Origin: Octopus sinensis
Lineage: Eukaryota
NCBI RefSeq assembly: GCF_006345805.1
Contig: NC_042999.1
Span: 4,774,001-4,838,000 of the forward strand
DNA length: 64,000 nt
Direction of reading: 5' to 3'
Part shown: one piece after another, positions 23,462 through 36,618 of the stretch
How positions within the stretch are numbered: position 1 is the stretch's first letter
How the letters are laid out: every line of letters starts with the position of its first letter
Notes under the pieces: model-generated
Databases searched by the model: none
Told to the model about the DNA's origin: nothing
Seen by the model: only the letters and a program-made list of their open reading frames with translations
Translations under genes and position numbers: made by a program

Positions 23462-24423
23462 TCAAATTAAATAATTTTTTCTATAATAATTATTTAAGAA
23501 TCCCATCATGGCAAACATAGCAAATTCTAAACAACAGTTCCCCAGCATTAAATAAATGAGGCTGGAAGGCCCTAACGAATGAAAGAATATGCCAGCAATG
23601 AATGGAATTGTCATTTCTCCGATTCCACTTGCCACGAGTGCAGTTGTTAGGATGACAGCATCGATTGTGAGGAAGCCACCAGCCCATGAAATGACGGTTG
23701 GCAGAAAGGAAGACTGGAAAAGGCCAAATCCACTTGTACCGATCCAGAGTAAAGCTTCATTTGGTATATAAATTTGTACGACCAACAACGACACAAACAA
23801 AAACAACCCACCAAAATTGAGAGTTAAGAGAATTCCGATATCAAAGATTTTTGAAAAGACAGTAGTGAGAATTCGGCCCATTAAAAACGACCCCCACATC
23901 ACAGATGTCATAAACGCCAAGTCAGCTTTTGTAAAGTTTCTGCTTGTTGAAAGTCCATAAGCGGTCAAGAGATTGCTATAAGCAATGGTAATACCAAAAA
24001 TTGGAATATGAAACAAAAACAGTAATACCAACATTTTTGTCTTTTTAACCAAAGGGTATTTTTGTCCCAAGATCTTTCCCGTCATGTCTTCGTAGTCACT
24101 CTGGTTAGACCACGAATGACATCCACTACGAATGTAATAATAAAAAAAAGCAATTATCGGTGGAGAAGTAATGAAGGCGGCAATTAGATAAGCGTATTGT
24201 ATGTTGGTTGGATCGTCTTTTGTGATGTTGTTATGTGAGTGTGGGTTGATGTAAGACATGTTTCGTAGCTGGGTGTCTTCGGAGAACATGTGAAGTTTAT
24301 GGCTTTGGAATGGTAAGACGATGAATGGAATGACAAAAGCAGTAAAAGAGGCAACAACTGTAATGAGTTGCATCTCCCAATTGTGTTTGGTTGGAAACAG
24401 CCAGTTGCAGGTGATCAGGCAAC
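23462..24423 (-). CDS. MFSD4/NaGLT1-like MFS transporter, last coding exon. Spliced CDS 1314 nt, 437 aa.
   Basis: ttccag acceptor, phase matches exon 2, 960-nt open frame to TGA. WGSFxxGR motif and multiple TM segments. Confidence 0.92.
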
Positions 24424-24516
24424 CTGGAAATAAAATGAAGATACAGAATGGAAACAGTATGTTTATTTTAATTTTAATTTTTCTTATAGCAAAAGCCTAC
24501 ACACACACAAACACAT

Positions 24517-24572
<56 letters not shown>

Positions 24573-24939
24573 CAAAAGAGGGAATGGTGTTTTCACGCAG
24601 GAAAAAAAAATATATAGGAAAATGTGTTTCTGAAAATGCACTTAAATTTCCAAAACTCGTAAATGTTTAAAATACATTTATTTACATATGTACCAAACTA
24701 GTTTCAACAATATTTTTTGCTTATCAATGGTAAAAGTGTAAAAACATCGTTATAAATTTCAATGTGGACAAATCAAAATTAAATTAAAATATTTCAATGT
24801 TGATAAAATATGTTCAAAATTAAAACTGTCAAAAGAAATAGTCACACATTAAACTTTGTTTAAGTTTAGACATGTTTCAAAATTAAGGTATTTAAAATGA
24901 ATGACAAAATGATAAAGAATGGCTGATAAAAATACTAAC

Positions 24940-25225
24940 CTACATCAACCAAGCCTTTGGTAAGTCCTTGAATGAAGAATAAGGTTGCCATTAGGGGTAA
25001 ATTACGAGCGAGTGGAATGAAGATAAAAGTGGCTGATCCAAGAAGCATGGATACAGCCAGGATTAGATCCATGTTTATCTTTGATGACATCCAACCAACT
25101 AAAAGACATCCTAAAATGAATCCAATACCAGAAATAATAAACAACCAATTCATTTGGTACAACTGTGCCTGGATTAGGGAGCCAAGGTCAAGCAGGCTTG
25201 GTCCTAAAATTCCGTTGTCAATACC
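24940..25225 (-). CDS. MFSD4/NaGLT1-like MFS transporter, coding exon 2 (GIDNGILGPSLLDL...GLTKGLVDV-G)
   Basis: ttttcag acceptor, gttagt donor. GPxLLDL motif typical of the MFSD4 family; hydrophobic helices. Confidence 0.9.
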
Positions 25226-25324
25226 CTGAAAAAAGAAAATAATGAGGTGGATTAGAATGTTTCCTTTGATTGAATAATGGTAAAACATTATTGTGGAAAG
25301 AATGGAACAGCTTTGACAACTTAC

Positions 25325-25390
25325 CACAATGCCAAATGCCCAAGCCACCCACAACAGCTTGCACTTTTTTGACTCATAATATTCACCCAT
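25325..25390 (-). CDS. MFSD4/NaGLT1-like MFS transporter, first coding exon (MGEYYESKKCKLLWVAWAFGIV)
   Basis: gcaccATGG Kozak context; in-frame upstream TAA; acceptor at 25433-25434 indicates a further 5'UTR exon upstream; donor gtaagt. Confidence 0.8.
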
Positions 25391-26227
25391 GGTGCCAGAG
25401 AAAGTTCTTTGATTTCCTTAATTTTTACTGCCCTACAAATGAATAGAATACAAAATATTAAGAAAGTATTTACATTTAGTCATTAGAGAAGAGGTAAAAT
25501 GGCAGAGTTGGTAAAACACTGATCTCTGAACTCATGAGTCATCAGTTCAAATCCACTATTGGCATTTCATTGTATTTGGAATGAGCAGAATAATTCAAAA
25601 TTGAAATAAGTATAGGAAGGTTACCTGCAAGAAACTTGTGATATATATTATCCCACTCCCCTATTCCCTCTGTCTAGCCATCTCTCCCTCTCCTCTACAC
25701 TCATGCAACCTCTACCCACCTATTCTTCCCTCTTCCTCTGTCCCCACCCACTTTTATACACCACCTACTTTGAGGGTCTGCTTAGATTTCACCACTATTT
25801 TATCTCTCTTCCCAGCTCTACCCTTGTCACTCATACCCCCTCTCTTTTGTGAGCTTTAGCTGGCCCAAGGCTATAGAAAACACTTGCTCAGAGTGCTGTG
25901 AAGTGGGTTTGAACCAAAAACCACATGTTTGTGAAACAACCTTATTAACCACCCAGCCATTCTTTGTTGATCCTGACTTAGAGAATGAAATATCAATGTC
26001 TTGTACAGATTTCATATCTAATAATTGTTGAATAACAATTAACGAACAGGTGAATGTGACAACATATTAATGTATCAATAACTTAAGGTATCCATCATAT
26101 ATTTCTCATGAAATTTCCCACAATTTGTCCATTTAGTCTCCTCAACAAGCAGCATCCTTATAAGCCATATTTCTTACACCAATGGAAGTTATTAATAATT
26201 ATTTTATCAATCAATAATTTTATTATT

Positions 26228-26672
26228 ATTGTTTGAGCGTGGTCGAGAAAATGGAATTTACTATGTTATGCCAGACTTCACAGTCCATCATAGCATTACG
26301 GAGGTATTGTTGCTGGATGCCTGTATCCCTGGAGATTACATCAGGGTAGGAGAGTGTGCGCCCTCTGGTATCGCAAGCAGATGGCTTCCAGAGGAGAAGA
26401 GTAGAAATTACTTTGTTTTCAGCTCTACAATAATGTCCAGCAAACTGGACTCTTCTACCTTTCACAAGATACAGGTGGTAATTTCCCATATATTTGTACT
26501 TTGGTTGGATGATGCTTCCACGAGAGATTTTGAGCTCTCATAAGGAGGCGAGTGTAAGTTCCATCCAACCGCCTCTCAAGCTTCTTTGATAACGTCCAGG
26601 TTTCTGAGCCATATAGTAGAATTGGTTCGACTGTGGCTTTGAAGATTTTAAGTTTGAAATCTCCACTTAAAT
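26228..26672 (-). mobile_element. RTE-clade LINE 3' fragment
   Basis: KIFKATVEPILLYGSETWTL..RRLDGTYTRLL peptide (LLYGSETW hallmark), frameshifted further on; short (TAA)n tail. Confidence 0.88.
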
Positions 26673-27769
26673 CAATCATACTCACAGCAGACTCTTCTGC
26701 TGGTCTCCCAGGAATGACCTGGACTTCTGGTTGTTTAACAATTCAGTCATTAACTTTTGAGAATTGCTGGTTTAGCATTTTTCATTCCTGAGATATTCAT
26801 TCAGGTAGTAAAACAATGTAGTCATGTGGCAAGAAGCTTGCTTCCTAGCCATATGGTTCCGGGTTCAATTTCACTGCATGGCACCTTGGGCAAGTGTCTT
26901 CTACAATAGCCTCATGCTAACCAAAGCCTTGTGCGGAGATTTGATAGATGGAAACTGAAAGAAGTCAGTCATGTGTGTGTGTGTGTGTGTGTGTGTCTTT
27001 GTGATTTTAGATTTTTTAAAACATTTTATTACATTTTAATTTCTTTCTTACCAACTGAAATGGGAGCCTGATAAAATTAACTAAATTTGCATAAAATAAT
27101 GGTTTCATATCATCATCATCATCATCATCATCGTTTAGCGTCCGTTTTCCATGCTAGCATGGGTTGGACGGTTCAACTGGGGTCTGTGAAGCCAGGAGGC
27201 TGCATCAGGCCCAGTCAAATCTGGCAGTGTTTCTACAGCTGGATGCCCTTCCTAACGCCAACCACTCCGTGAGTGTAGTGGGTGCTTTTTACGTGCCACC
27301 CACACAGGTGTTAGACAGAGCTGGCAAACAGCCACGAACGGATGGTGCTTTTTATGTGCCACCGGCACAAGGGCCAGGCAAGGCTGGCAACGGACACGAA
27401 ACGGAAGATCTAAACTATTAATATATGAATGCAAAAGAGATGGTTGAATAACTGCAAACCTACTTTTGAACCACCATATATATCATCATCATCATTATCG
27501 TTTAATGTCCGATTTCCATGCTAGCATGGGTTGGACGATTTGACTGAGGACTGGCGAACCAGATGGCTGCACCAGACTCCAATCTGATCTGGCAGAGTTT
27601 CTACAGCTGGATGCCCTTCCTAATGCCAACCACTCTGAGAGTGTAGTGGGTGCTCTTACGTGCCACCGGCACAATGGCCAGTCAGGCAGTACTGGCAACA
27701 CTCACACTCAAGTGGTGTTTCTTTATGTGCCACCTGGACTGGCTCCTGTGCAGGTGGCACGTAAAACAC

Positions 27770-27808
<39 letters not shown>

Positions 27809-28067
27809 TACATACATATATATATCCTCTGTTAGTCCAGCATGTAGACAGCATGGATAAGAGTAAACTTTACTGAAGAGGTTTAATAAGACTTGAACAT
27901 ACCCAGAGTTAACTCCATATTTGCCAAAGATCAGAGTAACTACTGACTGTATTCTTCCATTCAATTTAGATTTTGAAACTCTCTCCCTTGTCATTCATAG
28001 TAAGAGCGAAGCATTAAAACTACACAATTTTCTCTTCATTACCAGTATAACTTAAATTCGTTAATTC

Positions 28068-28520
28068 ATCATCATCATCATCATCATCATCTTTTAACGT
28101 CCGCTTTCCATGCTAGCATGGGTTGGACGGTTCAACTGGGGTCTGGGAAGCCCGAAGGCTGCACCAGGCCAGTCAGATCTGGCAGTGTTTCTACAGCTGG
28201 ATGCCCTTCCTAACGGCAACCACTCCGAGAGTGTATTGGGTGATTTTTATGTGCCACCGACACAGATGCCAGACGAGGCTGGTGAACGGCCACGCTCGGA
28301 TGGTGTTTTTTTACGTGCCACGGACACAGGTGCCAGACGAGGTTGGCGAACGGCCACACTCGGATGGTGTTTTTTTTTTATGTGCCACAGACACAGGTGC
28401 CAGACGAGGCTGGCGAACGGCCACGCTCGGATGGTGTTTTTTTATGTGCTACGGACACAGGTGCCAGACGAGGCTGGTGAACGGCCACGCTCGGATGGTG
28501 TTTTTTACGTGCCACTTAAA
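28068..28520 (-). mobile_element. Family C element with expanded tandem units
   Basis: Same tail and unit sequence as 2878-3470. Confidence 0.8.
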
Positions 28521-29104
28521 AATGGCAGGGGTCCCACTATATAAAGTATGTGAGACGCTATCTGACCACATCTTAGTTATCAGTCCAGCTGATAAATTCC
28601 CTATTAAATCAAGCTATTTAAAATCAAATCATTCAAACCATTCTCTATTTTTTTCATTGACAACAAAATCAATCAAAGCAAGATTAATTATTGACCTTTC
28701 CCTAATAGTTAAACACTGACATTTCTAGAACATTCAACAGAAACTACAGCATTTGTCAAAATTTAGAACAAAACAATTAATATTCTTTCTTTATGCTGAG
28801 ATCAACAGCTTGGTGGCTAAATCAATAGAATGGGATTGTTTGTGCAGTAGTTTGCCGCTCATGTTACAAAGTCAGAATTGCATTACATATAATAATGGGT
28901 CAGGAGCCAAAAGGTTAAAACTATTTCATTACTAGCCATTGTGTGTGTGTGTGTGGCCATCTTAGGCTACGCAGAGAGAGTGAATTTAGTAGACAGCAAA
29001 TTAAAGAAGCCTATTATGTGTATGTATGTAAGTACGTACAAATGCATGCACACATGTATGTTCGTATGAATGTGTGTATATATACATACACATACATATA
29101 CATA

Positions 29105-29494
29105 GGCGCAGGAGTGGCTGTGTGGTAAGTAGCTTGCTAAACAACCACATGGTTCCGGGTTCAGTCCCACTGCGTGGCATCTTGGGCAAGTGTCTTCTGC
29201 TATAGCCCTGGGCCAACCAATGCCTTGTGAGTGGATTTGGTAGACGGAAACTGAAAGAAGCCTGTCGTACATATGTATATATATATATGTGTGTGTCTGT
29301 GTTTGTCCCCCTAGCATTACTTGACAACCGATGCTGGTGTGTTTACGTCCCCGTCACTTAGTGGTTCGGCAAAAGAGACCGATAAAATAAGTACTGGGCT
29401 TACAAAGAATAAGTCCCATGGTCGATTTGCTCGACTAAAGGCGGTGCTCCAGCATGGCCGCAGTCAATGACTGAAACAAGTAAAAGAGTAAAGA
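29105..29494 (+). mobile_element. SINE family A, full length
   Basis: Family A pattern. Further + copies at 30570-30975, 32632-33043, 41148-41560 and 61454-61855. Confidence 0.9.
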
Positions 29495-29617
29495 ATATAC
29501 ATATATATATGTACGTGTGTGAGTCGTCTAAGAAACAATAAGTCAGGGAAAAGATGCATTCATATATCTGTCAGTAGAGTGGGTATATTGTCTGAAATGT
29601 ATTAAATATCCACCATG

Positions 29618-29707
29618 GCTAGTCTTACCAATCAGTTTCACATAAAGAATACAATGGAGTGTTAGGTAACAAACTGATTATATAACTTTACACTCATCAG
29701 AGTTAGC
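29618..29707 (-). ncRNA. Type I hammerhead motif with long stem II
   Basis: gctaact-CTGATGA-GTGTAAAG..CTTTATGT-GAAA-CTGATTGG-TA^agactagc; helix III closes with a GATT loop. Confidence 0.7.
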
Positions 29708-30977
29708 TGATATGGAAGGGACCTTCCTTTTCATAATATATATATATATATTAAGAGAAAGAAGATAGGCAGAGTTTTGGGTAATTATTTATTTAATGTT
29801 CTCATTATATTTCAGTGATTCATCATGTGTGTGTGTATTTGAAGAAAGTTCATCCTAAAAGTTATAATTATTTCAATGAACTCTTAGAAAAAAAAGAATG
29901 ACATGGATGTTTTGTAATGAGGATATTGCACACAGACACACAGACACAGACAGACACACACACATACAAATTTGTATGTATGTATGTATGCAGGTATTGG
30001 AAAAAAGATTTCCTCAAATTAAAAAATATAAATGGTATTAAAATATTATGCCCCACCTGCAAGGGCATAAGGCCACAAATTTATAAGGAACGAGGTTTTA
30101 TGAATGCTTACGAAAAATGTGAATTGGCTTCAGAGGTTTATTTTTAAATTTTAATTGGAAAGTGAAAATATCTGGCAGACAGAGCTGAGAAAGGATTTTC
30201 TTTTTATTGTAACAATATTCTTTTCTACCCAAGGCAAAAGGCCTGGAATTTTGGGGGAGGGGGCCAGTCGATAAATTAAGTACCAGTACACAACTGGTAC
30301 TTAATTTATCAACCCTTATATATAAAGATATATACACACACACACACACATATATATATATTCTTTTATTCTTTTACTTGCTTCAGTCATTTGACTGCGA
30401 CCATGCTGGAGCAGTCAAACAAATCAACCCCTATTCCATGTGTGTGTGTATGTGACTGAGGACCACATGTGAACTTGTATTTCCACTGAAACTCCAAACA
30501 TGGATTTGTTGCTCGGAGTCAACTCAACTCTATCTATGCAATAACAAAATAAATAAATACACTGCAATCGGCACAGGTGTGGCTGTGTGGTGAGAAGTTG
30601 GCTTCCCGATCACATGGTTCCAAGTTCAATCCCACTGCATGGCACTTTGGGCAAGTGTCATCTACTATAGCCTCAAGCTAACCAAAGCCTTGTGAGTGGA
30701 TTTGGTAGATGGAAACTGAAAGAAGCCCATGTGTGTGTGTATGTGTGCATGTGTGTGTATGTACATTTGTGTCTGTTTGCTCCCCCATCACCACTTGACA
30801 ACTGGTGTTGGTTTATTTACATCCCCCTAATTTGGTGGTTCGGCAAAAGAGACCGGTACAATAAGTCCCCAGTTTAAAAGATAAAAAAGTACCAGGGTGA
30901 ATTCACTTGACTGAAAATTCTTCAAAGTGGTGCCCCAGCATGGCCACAGTCTAATGAGTGAAACAAGTAAAAGATAA

Positions 30978-31385
30978 AATTATCAACCATCGTACGAACA
31001 ATAACTCTGAGCACCTTTTCAAACTCCACCCGTCTAACACCCGTGGACATATTTACAAAGTCAGAAAACAGCACAGCTCCCATGACTTCAGGAAACATTT
31101 TTTCATGCTAAGAGTTGCTGAAGCATAGAACAAACTGCCGGCATCAGTTGTTAGCTGTCAGAGCACTGCATCCTTCAAAACTTCCATGCTTCCTGAGATT
31201 CAGCAACACTACACCTGATTTTCTTCCCTCCATACACATGCAAGCATGTATCTGACTCATACACTGTTCACTTCCCAGACATTTGTACATTACTGCATAT
31301 GCTTTATACGCATTTCTGACAAGTTGTGGTGCACCTGAGCACTGTATACAATAATTTCATTATTATTATTATTATTATTATTATT
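30978..31385 (+). mobile_element. CR1-like LINE 3' fragment (second family)
   Basis: Colinear with the other copies; (ATT)n tail. Confidence 0.85.
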
Positions 31386-32193
31386 TATAAATATGTCTAA
31401 ACTTCTGTTTTTTTGTTTTTTGCTTCAGCTCCTACCACCACTACCACCACCTCCACCACCATCACAACAACTACCACCACTACTACCACCATTACAACCA
31501 CCACCTACATAAGAAGCAAATGAATTTCACCACAGGTGTTTTTGAAAAGAGTCAAAAAAAAAACAAAGAAATGAAAACAAAAAAGAATAATCTATTAAAA
31601 CCTGCTTATAAATTGCTATTCACTGAGGTCACATTTAGCAAAAAATAGAGAAAAAAACAACAATATAAATGCTTTTCAAGGGTAATGGCCTATGTAACCT
31701 GCCGCAGCAGAAGTGACATTTGCACAGCTGTCTTCTCAGGTATGGTTTCTCAATTAACAGGTGAGAGGATGAGTGTGTGGGGCAGGACTTTTGTGATATG
31801 ATAAAGTGGAATAAAAACAAAATCTTATTTGACAAGTAAAAACAATTACTTTTTACTCTGCAAACTGAAACCCCCTATCCCTTCTCAACCATTCATTACG
31901 TCATCTATCAACCCTACCCAATTTCTTCTGTTCTCACCTACTCTTCCCTCCATATCATGTCCTAACACCTGTTCATCATATTCACCCCATTCCCCATCTC
32001 TGACTCTCTCATTCTTCCCATACTCTTACAACCTCTTCCTCTCCACACTCCCCATTCTCCTGTCTTTACTCACTTCTGCTCACCTTGTACCTTGAGGGTC
32101 CAGCTTGATACTTTATCACCCAATTTTCGTTTCTTACCAGCTCCTCAACTGCTCATTCTCACTTTCCCTCTATAATGAGAGTATTCATTCATA

Positions 32194-32625
32194 TATTGGG
32201 TCAGCCCATAAATAATGCGTTGCTTTTTTATACTTCTTATATTTTTCAAAATTAAGATAAACAAAGTTCTTTTTTAATCTAAAATATACTCTCCTTCGGA
32301 GATGTACTTGCATAGCAAGTGACCTGATCTGAGATCGTGTGCTGGAACGAAAACAATTGCAGCATGGGAAGTGTTTATAAGCCATTTAAGAAACACACAA
32401 AAACCCGTTAGATTTACTTCAACATTTAAATTTAATTTGTCAAATTATTTTCGACGCTTTCAGACCACGAACTGTTCACTGACAAAACTCCATCATTTTC
32501 TACAATACTCTTCCATTTTTCTGGTAGACATACAAGGCCCCGCTTCCAAAATTCACTCATGTGTCGCAAAAAATACTTCTCCAGAACTGTTCTGACCTCA
32601 TCTACAGAATTCATATTTTTTCCAA
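32194..32625 (-). mobile_element. Mariner-type transposon remnant (transposase C-terminus plus 3' TIR)
   Basis: GKNMNSVDEVRTVLEKYF..EFWKRGL..LPEKWKSIVENDG resembles the mariner C-terminus; TA-flanked TTGGGTCAGCCCATAA end. Confidence 0.75.
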
Positions 32626-35459
32626 CCAAATGGTGCAGGAGTGGCTGTGTGGTAAGTAGCTAGCTAACCAACCACATGGTTCCGGGTTCAGTCCCACTGT
32701 GTGGATTCTTGGGCAAGTGTCTTCTGCTATAGCCCCGGGCCGACCAATGCCTTGTGAGTGGATTTGGTAGATGGAAACTGAAAGAAGCCCGTCGTATATA
32801 TGTATATATATATGTGTGTGTGTGTGTGTTTGTGTGTCTGTATTTGTCCCCCTAGCATTGCTTGACAACCGATGCTGGTGTGTTTACGTCACCGTCACTT
32901 AGCGGTGCGGCAAAAGAGATCAATAGAATAAGTACTGGGCTTACAAAGAATAAGTCCCGGGGTTGATTTGCTCCACTAAAGGCGATGTTCCAGCATGGCC
33001 GCAGTCAAATGACTGAAACAAGTAAAAGAGTAAAAAGAGTAAATGATTTTGAAGACTGTGGAATAAATGATAATCAGATGGGGCAATGTCCGGTATCGTC
33101 ATCATTGTTTATTGTCCACTTTCCATGCTGGTACGGGTCGAACGGTTTGACAGAGAACTGGCGAACCAGATGGCTGCACCAGGCTCCAATCTGATCTGGC
33201 AAAGTTTCTACAGCTGGATGCCCTTCCTAATGCCAACCACTCCAAGAGTGTAGTGGGTGCTTTTTACATGCCACTGGTTCAGGAGCCAGTCTGGTGGCAC
33301 TGGCAACAACCAATTTCTTTACTACCCACAAGGGGCTAAACACAGAGAGGACAAACAAGGACAGACAAGCGGATTAAGTCGATTATATTGACCCCAGTGC
33401 GTAACTGGCACTTATTTAATCGACCCCGAAAGGATGAAAGGCAAAGTCGACCTCGGCGGAATTTGAACTCAGAACGTAGCGACAGACGAAATACCACTAA
33501 GCATTTCGCCCAGCGTGCTAACGATTTTGCCAGCTCACTGGCAACAACCATGCTTGAATGGTGTATTTTACGTGCCACCAGCACAGGAGCCAGTCAGGTG
33601 ATGCTGGCAACGATCACACTCGAATGGTGCTTTTTACATTCCACCAACAGGGGAGCCAGTCAGTGGCCCTGGCAATGATTATGCTCGAATGGTGCTTTTA
33701 ACATTCCATTGGCACAGGTGCCTATATCGCCTCGACTGGCTTCTGTGCCGGTGGCACATAAAAAGCACCATCTAAACGTGGCCGATACCAGCGCCGCCTT
33801 GGCTGGCTTCCATGCCGGTGGCATGTTAAAAGCACCAACCGATCGTGGCCGATGCCAGACCCCCCTGGCACCTGTGCAGGTGGCACGTAAAAAGCACCCA
33901 CTACACTCGCGGAGTGGTTGGCGCTAGGAAGGGCATCCAGCCGTAGAAACTCTGCCAGATCAGACTGGAGCCTGGTGCAGCCCCTGGCTTCCCAGACCCC
34001 GGTCGAACCGTCCAACCCGTGCTAGCGCAGAAAACGGACGTTAAACGATGATGATGATGATGATGATATATATAAATAAACCCATGCTAGCATGGAAGGT
34101 GGATGTTAAACATTGATGATGATGATGATGATATTTATATATAATTGTTTCTGAGTGGATATTAATCAATGAACTCATTGAGATAATTACTAATAAACAA
34201 TTACATTTCAATTAGCTACATTTTTCAATTAATGTGTCTTTATAAAGTTAAATATGAAAACAAAAAGCAATGACATAAAAAATGTGTTTGATCACCAGAA
34301 TGGTTTTGGCCAAATGTTGTTTGAATCTGTTCAAACATCTGTGCTGGTGCCACACTTGTGCTGGTGCCACACTTGTGCTGGTGCCACATATAGAGCACTG
34401 GTATTGGTGCCACGTAAAAGGCAACCAGTACACTCTGTAAAGTGGTTGGCATTAGGAAGGGCATCCAGTTGTAGAAACCATGCCACAACAGACAGTTGGA
34501 GTCTGGTGTAGCTCCTGGCTCTGCCAGCTTCTGTCAAACAGTCCAAGCCATTTTAGCATGGGAAACAGACATTACATGGTGGTGGTGGTGGTGGTGGAAG
34601 CGGTGGCGGTGGCAGTGATGATGATGATGATCTCAGGACTGTCTGACTGATTCAGTTCTGTGTGGTATTGTGTCTTACAGGAATTTCAGAGTTACAGAAG
34701 AACACAGATACATCATCATTTTTCATTGTATGGAAGGAGATAAACCAACCACAAACTCCAAATTCATTTGAAAAATTATAACATAAATACAATCAACTAT
34801 AACTATTTTGCTACAGCTGATTCAGCTCAGGAGGAACCACAAAACCGGACATGGTTCCTCCTGATGATGTCTTGAACTAACTGGATCCTATAAAGGAGCT
34901 GTTGTGGTAGCAGACCACGAAACACGGTTGTAATTCCTCTGACATTATTTTTAATAATGAATCTAAATATATTCATACATCTGCATGATAAAAGCTCCAT
35001 ACAATTCCAGTTTAAAAACATAGTCAGGCATCTTTCCCCAAATCACAAACAATTTATTTAAACAAATGTCGATCTTAAATGCCCATTTTCCTGATAATCA
35101 AACATGGTCCAAGCCACAAAGTATATATCTATACATACATTCATAAATACACACACACCTAGACAAACACATTATGTACATGTGTGTGTGTGTGTCTAGC
35201 TCTTAGACAGAAGAGAAAGCAGTGCCCAGAACCCTTTACAAGGCCTCCAATGTTTAATTCGTATATATAAAAGTAGTTTTAGAGACAGAACCACCTTCAA
35301 CTCAATCAACGCTGAAAGATTTTATACCTGACCACTCCATAAAATGTTAAAAATTAAATCTTATACTAACTATATCTATTCTGAATCCTGTATTTTCCGT
35401 TTATAAGACTACACATGTTTCATGAAGAGGTAGGGGTAGTGAAAAATTTTGAGAAATCC

Positions 35460-35558
35460 AGACCTGAAGATTGGGAGTATGTCAACCCGAGTAAGTATTG
35501 AGACTAGATACCTCGTATCTAATCAATACTGACGTACTTTCATGAAACAGTGTAGTCT
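35460..35558 (+). ncRNA. Type I hammerhead motif with 73-nt stem II domain
   Basis: agac-CTGAAGA-[nested hairpin]-GAAA-CAGTG-TA^gtct; perfect 4-bp stem I. Confidence 0.7.
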
Positions 35559-36196
35559 TATAAACGGAAAATACAGGATTCAGAATAGAAATAGTTAGTA
35601 TAAGATTTAATTTTTAACATTTTATGGAGTGGTCGGGTATAAAATCTTTCAATGTTGATTGAGTTAAAGGTGGTTTTGTCTCTAAAACTACTCATATATA
35701 TACATATATATATGCGTATATATTTATGTGTGTGTGTTTGTTCCCGTAACTTAGTAGTTTGGCAAAAACAAAACCGATATAATAAGTACTAGGCTTACAA
35801 AGAATAAGTCCTGGGTCAATTTGTTCGACTAAAGGCGGTGCTCCCGCATGGCCGCAGTCAAATGACTGAAACAAGTAAAAGAATAAACAAATAAAAGAAT
35901 AACAAAAGTGGGATTAAGAGTTAACAAGCAACACAAGCTCACACAGAAATGGTCTGTTGACACTCTCAACAAATCCATAGACTTTTAAGTGCTCCTTTTT
36001 AATCATTCATTACACAATACTAAGTGCTATTGTCTGTCATCCACATTGTGAGCTGATTCCACTTCAGATGTCTTTGTTTATCCTAATAACACTCGAGTCA
36101 ATGACTATGGATGAACACCTAACCAAATAATAACACTCTCTGGGCTTTGCACTTTCATCCTCCACTCCACCTTTTTGTTTTTTGTTTCTTTAATAT

Positions 36197-36618
36197 ACTC
36201 TTTACTCTTTTTTTACTCTTTTTACTTGTTTCAGTCATTTGACTGCGGCCATGCTGGAGCACCGCCTTTAGTCGAGCAAATCGACCCCAGGACTCATTCT
36301 TTGTAAGCCCAGTACTTATTCTATCGGTCTCTTTTTGCCAAACTGCTAAGTGACGGGGACGTAAACACACCAGCATCGGTTGTCAAGCAATGCTAGGGGG
36401 ACAAACACAGACACACAAACATATACACACACATACATATATATATACATATATACGACAGGTTTCTTTCAGTTTTCGTCTACCAAATCCACTCACAAGG
36501 CATTGGTCGGCCCGGGGCTATAGTAGAAGACACTTGCCCAAGATGCCACGCAGTGGGACTGAACTCGGAACCATGTGGTTGGTTAGCAAGCTACTTACCA
36601 CACAGCCACTCCTGCGCC
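36197..36618 (-). mobile_element. SINE family A, full length
   Basis: Family A pattern. Further - copies at about 46125-46550, 56185-56640 and 59715-60410 (interrupted). Confidence 0.9.

Noticed and set aside
27656-27994. 112-aa minus-strand ORF upstream of the MFS gene
   Set aside because: The second half runs through microsatellite and family C sequence; no homology recognised.
28520-28940. Possible tissue enhancer or promoter (TATA, GATA, ATCAAT motifs)
   Set aside because: Short motifs are expected by chance in AT-rich DNA; no independent support.
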